NCBI GenBank assembly: GCA_030390025.1
Contig: CM059432.1
Location: 7,874,001-7,938,000 of the forward strand
DNA from: Squalus acanthias
Taxonomy: Eukaryota
DNA: 64,000 nucleotides
Reading direction: 5' to 3'
The position numbers were made by a program, and so were the translations under genes. The notes below the pieces were generated by a model. The model was not told the DNA's origin, ran no database searches, and saw only the letters and a list, made by a program, of their open reading frames with translations. Position 1 is the first letter of the stretch; every line of letters begins with the position of its first letter. Below are positions 60,811 through 64,000 of the stretch, one piece after another.

Positions 60811-61328
60811 TCAAATGGCCTAAATTCATATTAAAAGTAGCAAATAGAGTCCATTCCAATACTTATGTAACTTTTCAATCTCTTGAGTCATTGCACATGG
60901 TAAGTTGGAGAATATGATATTTCTTGTTGTCTTTGTGTTGTATATTTCTCTGTTTTGTCTCATCTCCCTACCTCTCCTTTTTGATTCTTTCCTATTTCTT
61001 CTTACTTTCCTCTTTTCTATCTGGTGGGAAATGGTGGGGGAATGGGAGCCATTAACAGTTGCGTTTGGTGAGGGACTTTATAAGGAAATTGTGACCCTCA
61101 GTGGCTCCTGCCCATCTCCTTCCCCCAGTCACTCACCTTCCCATTACCTCCTCCACTTCTTACCATCCCCTCATTCCCATCGCTACCTCTACCACTTCCC
61201 ATTTGAACTACCCTTCGCTGTCTCTCACCTCACACTTAACCCTCAATTCTCAATCCATTTCCCGCACTCGCTCCAACCTGCCTCCCTCCTCTCCTCTCTC
61301 TACCTTTCCTCCCTATCTCTTTCTAGTG

Positions 61329-61785
61329 TGTCAGCTGTGGCTCAGTGGGTAGCGCTCTCTTGCCTTTGAGTCAGAAGGTTGTGGTTTCAACTCCCACTCC
61401 AGAGACTTGAGCACATAAATCTAGGCTGACACTCCAGTGCAGTGCTGAGGGAGCGCTATACTGTCGGAGGTGCCGTCTTTCAGATGAGACATTAAACCGA
61501 GGCCCTGTCTTCTCTCTCAGTTGGACGTAAAAGATCTTTCGAAGAAGAGCAGGGGAGTTCTCCCTGGTGTCCTGGGACAATATTTAACCCTCAATCAACA
61601 TCACTAAAACAGATTATCTGGTCATTATCACATTACTGTTTTTGGGAGCTTGCTGTGCGCAATTTGGCTGCCGCGTTTCCTACATTACAGCAGTGACTAC
61701 ACTTCAAAAAGTACTTCATTGGCTGTAAAGCGCTTTGGGACGTCCAGTGGTCGCGAAAGGCGCTATAGAAATGCAGGTCTTTCTG
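61329..61785 (+). mobile_element. SINE, full length
   Basis: A/B-box head, body and tail. Confidence 0.9.
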
Positions 61786-61837
61786 TCATTCTTCAGAGGC
61801 TTTATTTGCTTCCAAAAATCAACTTTTTAAAAATGTG

Positions 61838-63398
61838 TTTTTATGGGATGTGGGCGTCGCTGGCAAGGCCAGCATTTATTGCCCATCCTTAGTTGCCCTT
61901 GAGAAGGTGGTGATGAGCTGCCTTCTTGAACTGCTGCAGTCCATGTGGTGAAGGTGCTCCCACAGTGCTGTTAGGGAGGGAGTTCCAGGATTTTGACCCA
62001 GCGACGATGAAGGATCGGCGATATACTTCCGAGTCGGGATGGTGTGTGACTTGGATGGGAACTTCGAGGTGGTGGTGTTCTCATGCGCCTGCTGCCCTTG
62101 TCCTAGGTGGAAGAGGTCACGGGTTTGGGAGGTGCTGCCGAAGAAGCCTTGGCGAGTTGCTGCAGTGCCTCTTGTAGATGGTACACACTGCAGCCACGGT
62201 GCGCCGGTGGTGGAGGGAGTGAATGTTTAAGGTGGTGGATGGGGTGCCAATCAAGCGGGATGCTTTGTCCTGGATGGTGTCAAGCTTCTTGCGTGTTGTT
62301 GAAGCTGCACTCATCCAGGCAAGTGGAGAGTATTCCATCACACTCCTTACTTGTGCCTTGTAGATGGTGGAAAGTCTTTGGGGAGTCAGGAGGTGAGACA
62401 CTCGCCGCAGAATACCTAGCCTCTGACCTGCTCTTGAAGCCACAGTATTTATGTGGCTGGTCCAGTTAAGTTTCTGGTCAATGGTGACCCCCAGGATGTT
62501 GATGGTGGGGGATTTGGCGATGCTAATGCCATTGAATGTCAAGGGGCAGTGGTTAGACTCTCGCTTGTTGGAGATAGTCATTGCCTGGCACTTCTGTGGC
62601 GCGAATGTTACCTGCCACTTATCAGCCCAAGCCTGAACGTCGTCCAGGTCTTGTTGCATGCGGGCATGGACTGATTCATTATCTGAGGAGTTGTGAATGG
62701 CGCTGAACACTGTGCAGTCATCAGCGAACATCCCCATTTCTGACCTTATGTTGGAGGGAAAGTCGTTGATGAAGCAGCTGAAGATGGTTGGGCCTTGGAC
62801 ACTGCCCTGAGGAACTCCTGCAGCGATGTCCTGGGGCTGTGATGATTGACCTTCAACCACTGCAACCATCTTCCTTTGTGCTAGGTATGACTCCAGCCAG
62901 TGGAGAGTTCACCCCCCCCTGCCCCCCCGAGTCCCATTGACTTTAGTTTTACTCGGGCTCCTTGATGCCACACTCGGTCAAATGCTGCCTTGATATCAAG
63001 GGCAGTCACTCTCACCTCACCTCTGGAATTCAGCTCTTTTGTCCATGTTTGGACCAAGGCTGTAATGAGGTCGGGAGCCGAGTGGTCTTGGCGGAACCCA
63101 AACTGGGCATCAGTGAGCAGGTTATTGGTGAGTAAGTGCCGCTTGAAAGCACTGTCGATGACACCTTCCATCACTTTGCTGATGATTGAGAGTAGACTGA
63201 TGGGGCGATAATTGGCCAGGTTGGATTTGTCCTGCTTTTTGTGGACAGGACATACTTGGGCAGTTTTCCATCTTGTCGGATAGATGCCAGTGTTGTAGTT
63301 GTACTGGAACAGCTTGGCTAGAGGCGCGGCTAGGTCTGGAGCACAAGTCTTCAGCAACGACAGCCGGGATGTTGTCGGGGCCCAGAGCCTTTGCTTGT
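61838..63398 (-). mobile_element. CR1/L2-group LINE, 1.5-kb 3' part with RT domain (clade not resolved)
   Basis: NYRPISLLS, LDIKAAFDRVWH, GVPQGSVQGP, MFADDC, WADKWQVTFAPQKC. Frameshift at the poly-C around 62912-62929. Confidence 0.9.
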
Positions 63399-63745
63399 GT
63401 CTTTAAAATAAATCAAATTTAGAATGAGGCAAAGCACTGCCTCTGTCTCTCTGTCTTTAAAAAAACACTTAATATACATTTTTCCCCAATAAAGCTTTTG
63501 AAATTTATCCTCTTGTTTTTCAAAATTGTTTGATGAAAAGCCACTGAGCAGAAAGTTCTCGAAACTGGGAAATAAATGATCCATGCAGCTAACTGAGCGA
63601 CACTGCTGCCTCCTGGGAAATTAGCTACACTGTACAATCCAAATTCAGCTCAGTGTTGCAGCTCTGGGTAAAGATTTCAACTCCAAGCCCAGGCTTTTGG
63701 GAGAGGCTGAGGCCTTTCAAGTATAAACTTTTAATGAAGACACTG

Positions 63746-63980
63746 AAAGAAAGAAAGACTTGCATTTATATAGCGCCTTTCACGACCACCGGACGTCCCA
63801 AAGCGCTTTACAGTTAATGAAGTACTATTTGAAGTGCGGTCACTGTTGTAATGTAGGGAGCGCAGCAGCCAATTTGCGCACAGCAAGCTCCCACAACCAG
63901 CAATGTGATATTGACCAGATAATCTGTTTCAGTGATGTTGATTAAGGGTTAAATATTGTCCAGGACACTGGGGGAGAGCT
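63746..63980 (-). mobile_element. SINE 3' half
   Basis: (GAAA)n tail and family body. Confidence 0.85.
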
Positions 63981-64000
63981 CGGTTAAAGACACAAAAACC

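Noticed and set aside
60905..61369. 154-aa hydrophobic ORF resembling a membrane protein
   Set aside because: Pyrimidine-rich low-complexity sequence with a non-ATG start that runs into a SINE.

Overview
This is eukaryotic, repeat-saturated DNA. The repeat families suggest a cartilaginous fish (shark), which is inference. Most of the window is 5'-truncated CR1 LINEs, L2 LINE 3' ends, a third CR1/L2-group LINE, a tRNA-headed DeuSINE-like SINE and PIF/Harbinger-type MITEs, often nested in one another. The only clear host gene is the first coding exon of a dermatan-sulfate epimerase-like gene (DSEL-like, 35619-36607, +), which stops at a probable phase-2 splice donor. Notable elements: (1) a decayed basal retrovirus-like provirus (11463-14618, -) with an LTR, a tRNA-Arg PBS, a short zinc-knuckle Gag, an in-frame UGA-CUAG gag-pol junction, a spumavirus-like RT and a degenerate RNase H tether; (2) a decayed two-gene Harbinger transposon; (3) Penelope-type terminal repeats carrying minimal hammerhead ribozyme cores, one as a near-perfect ~96-bp-arm hairpin; (4) a NOP53 retro-fragment and an inverted MITE piece, each fused to the 5' end of a CR1; (5) two solo-LTR families; (6) two minisatellites flanking the DSEL exon. 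All calls are by eye with no database search. Repeat boundaries are approximate unless TSD/TIR coordinates are given.
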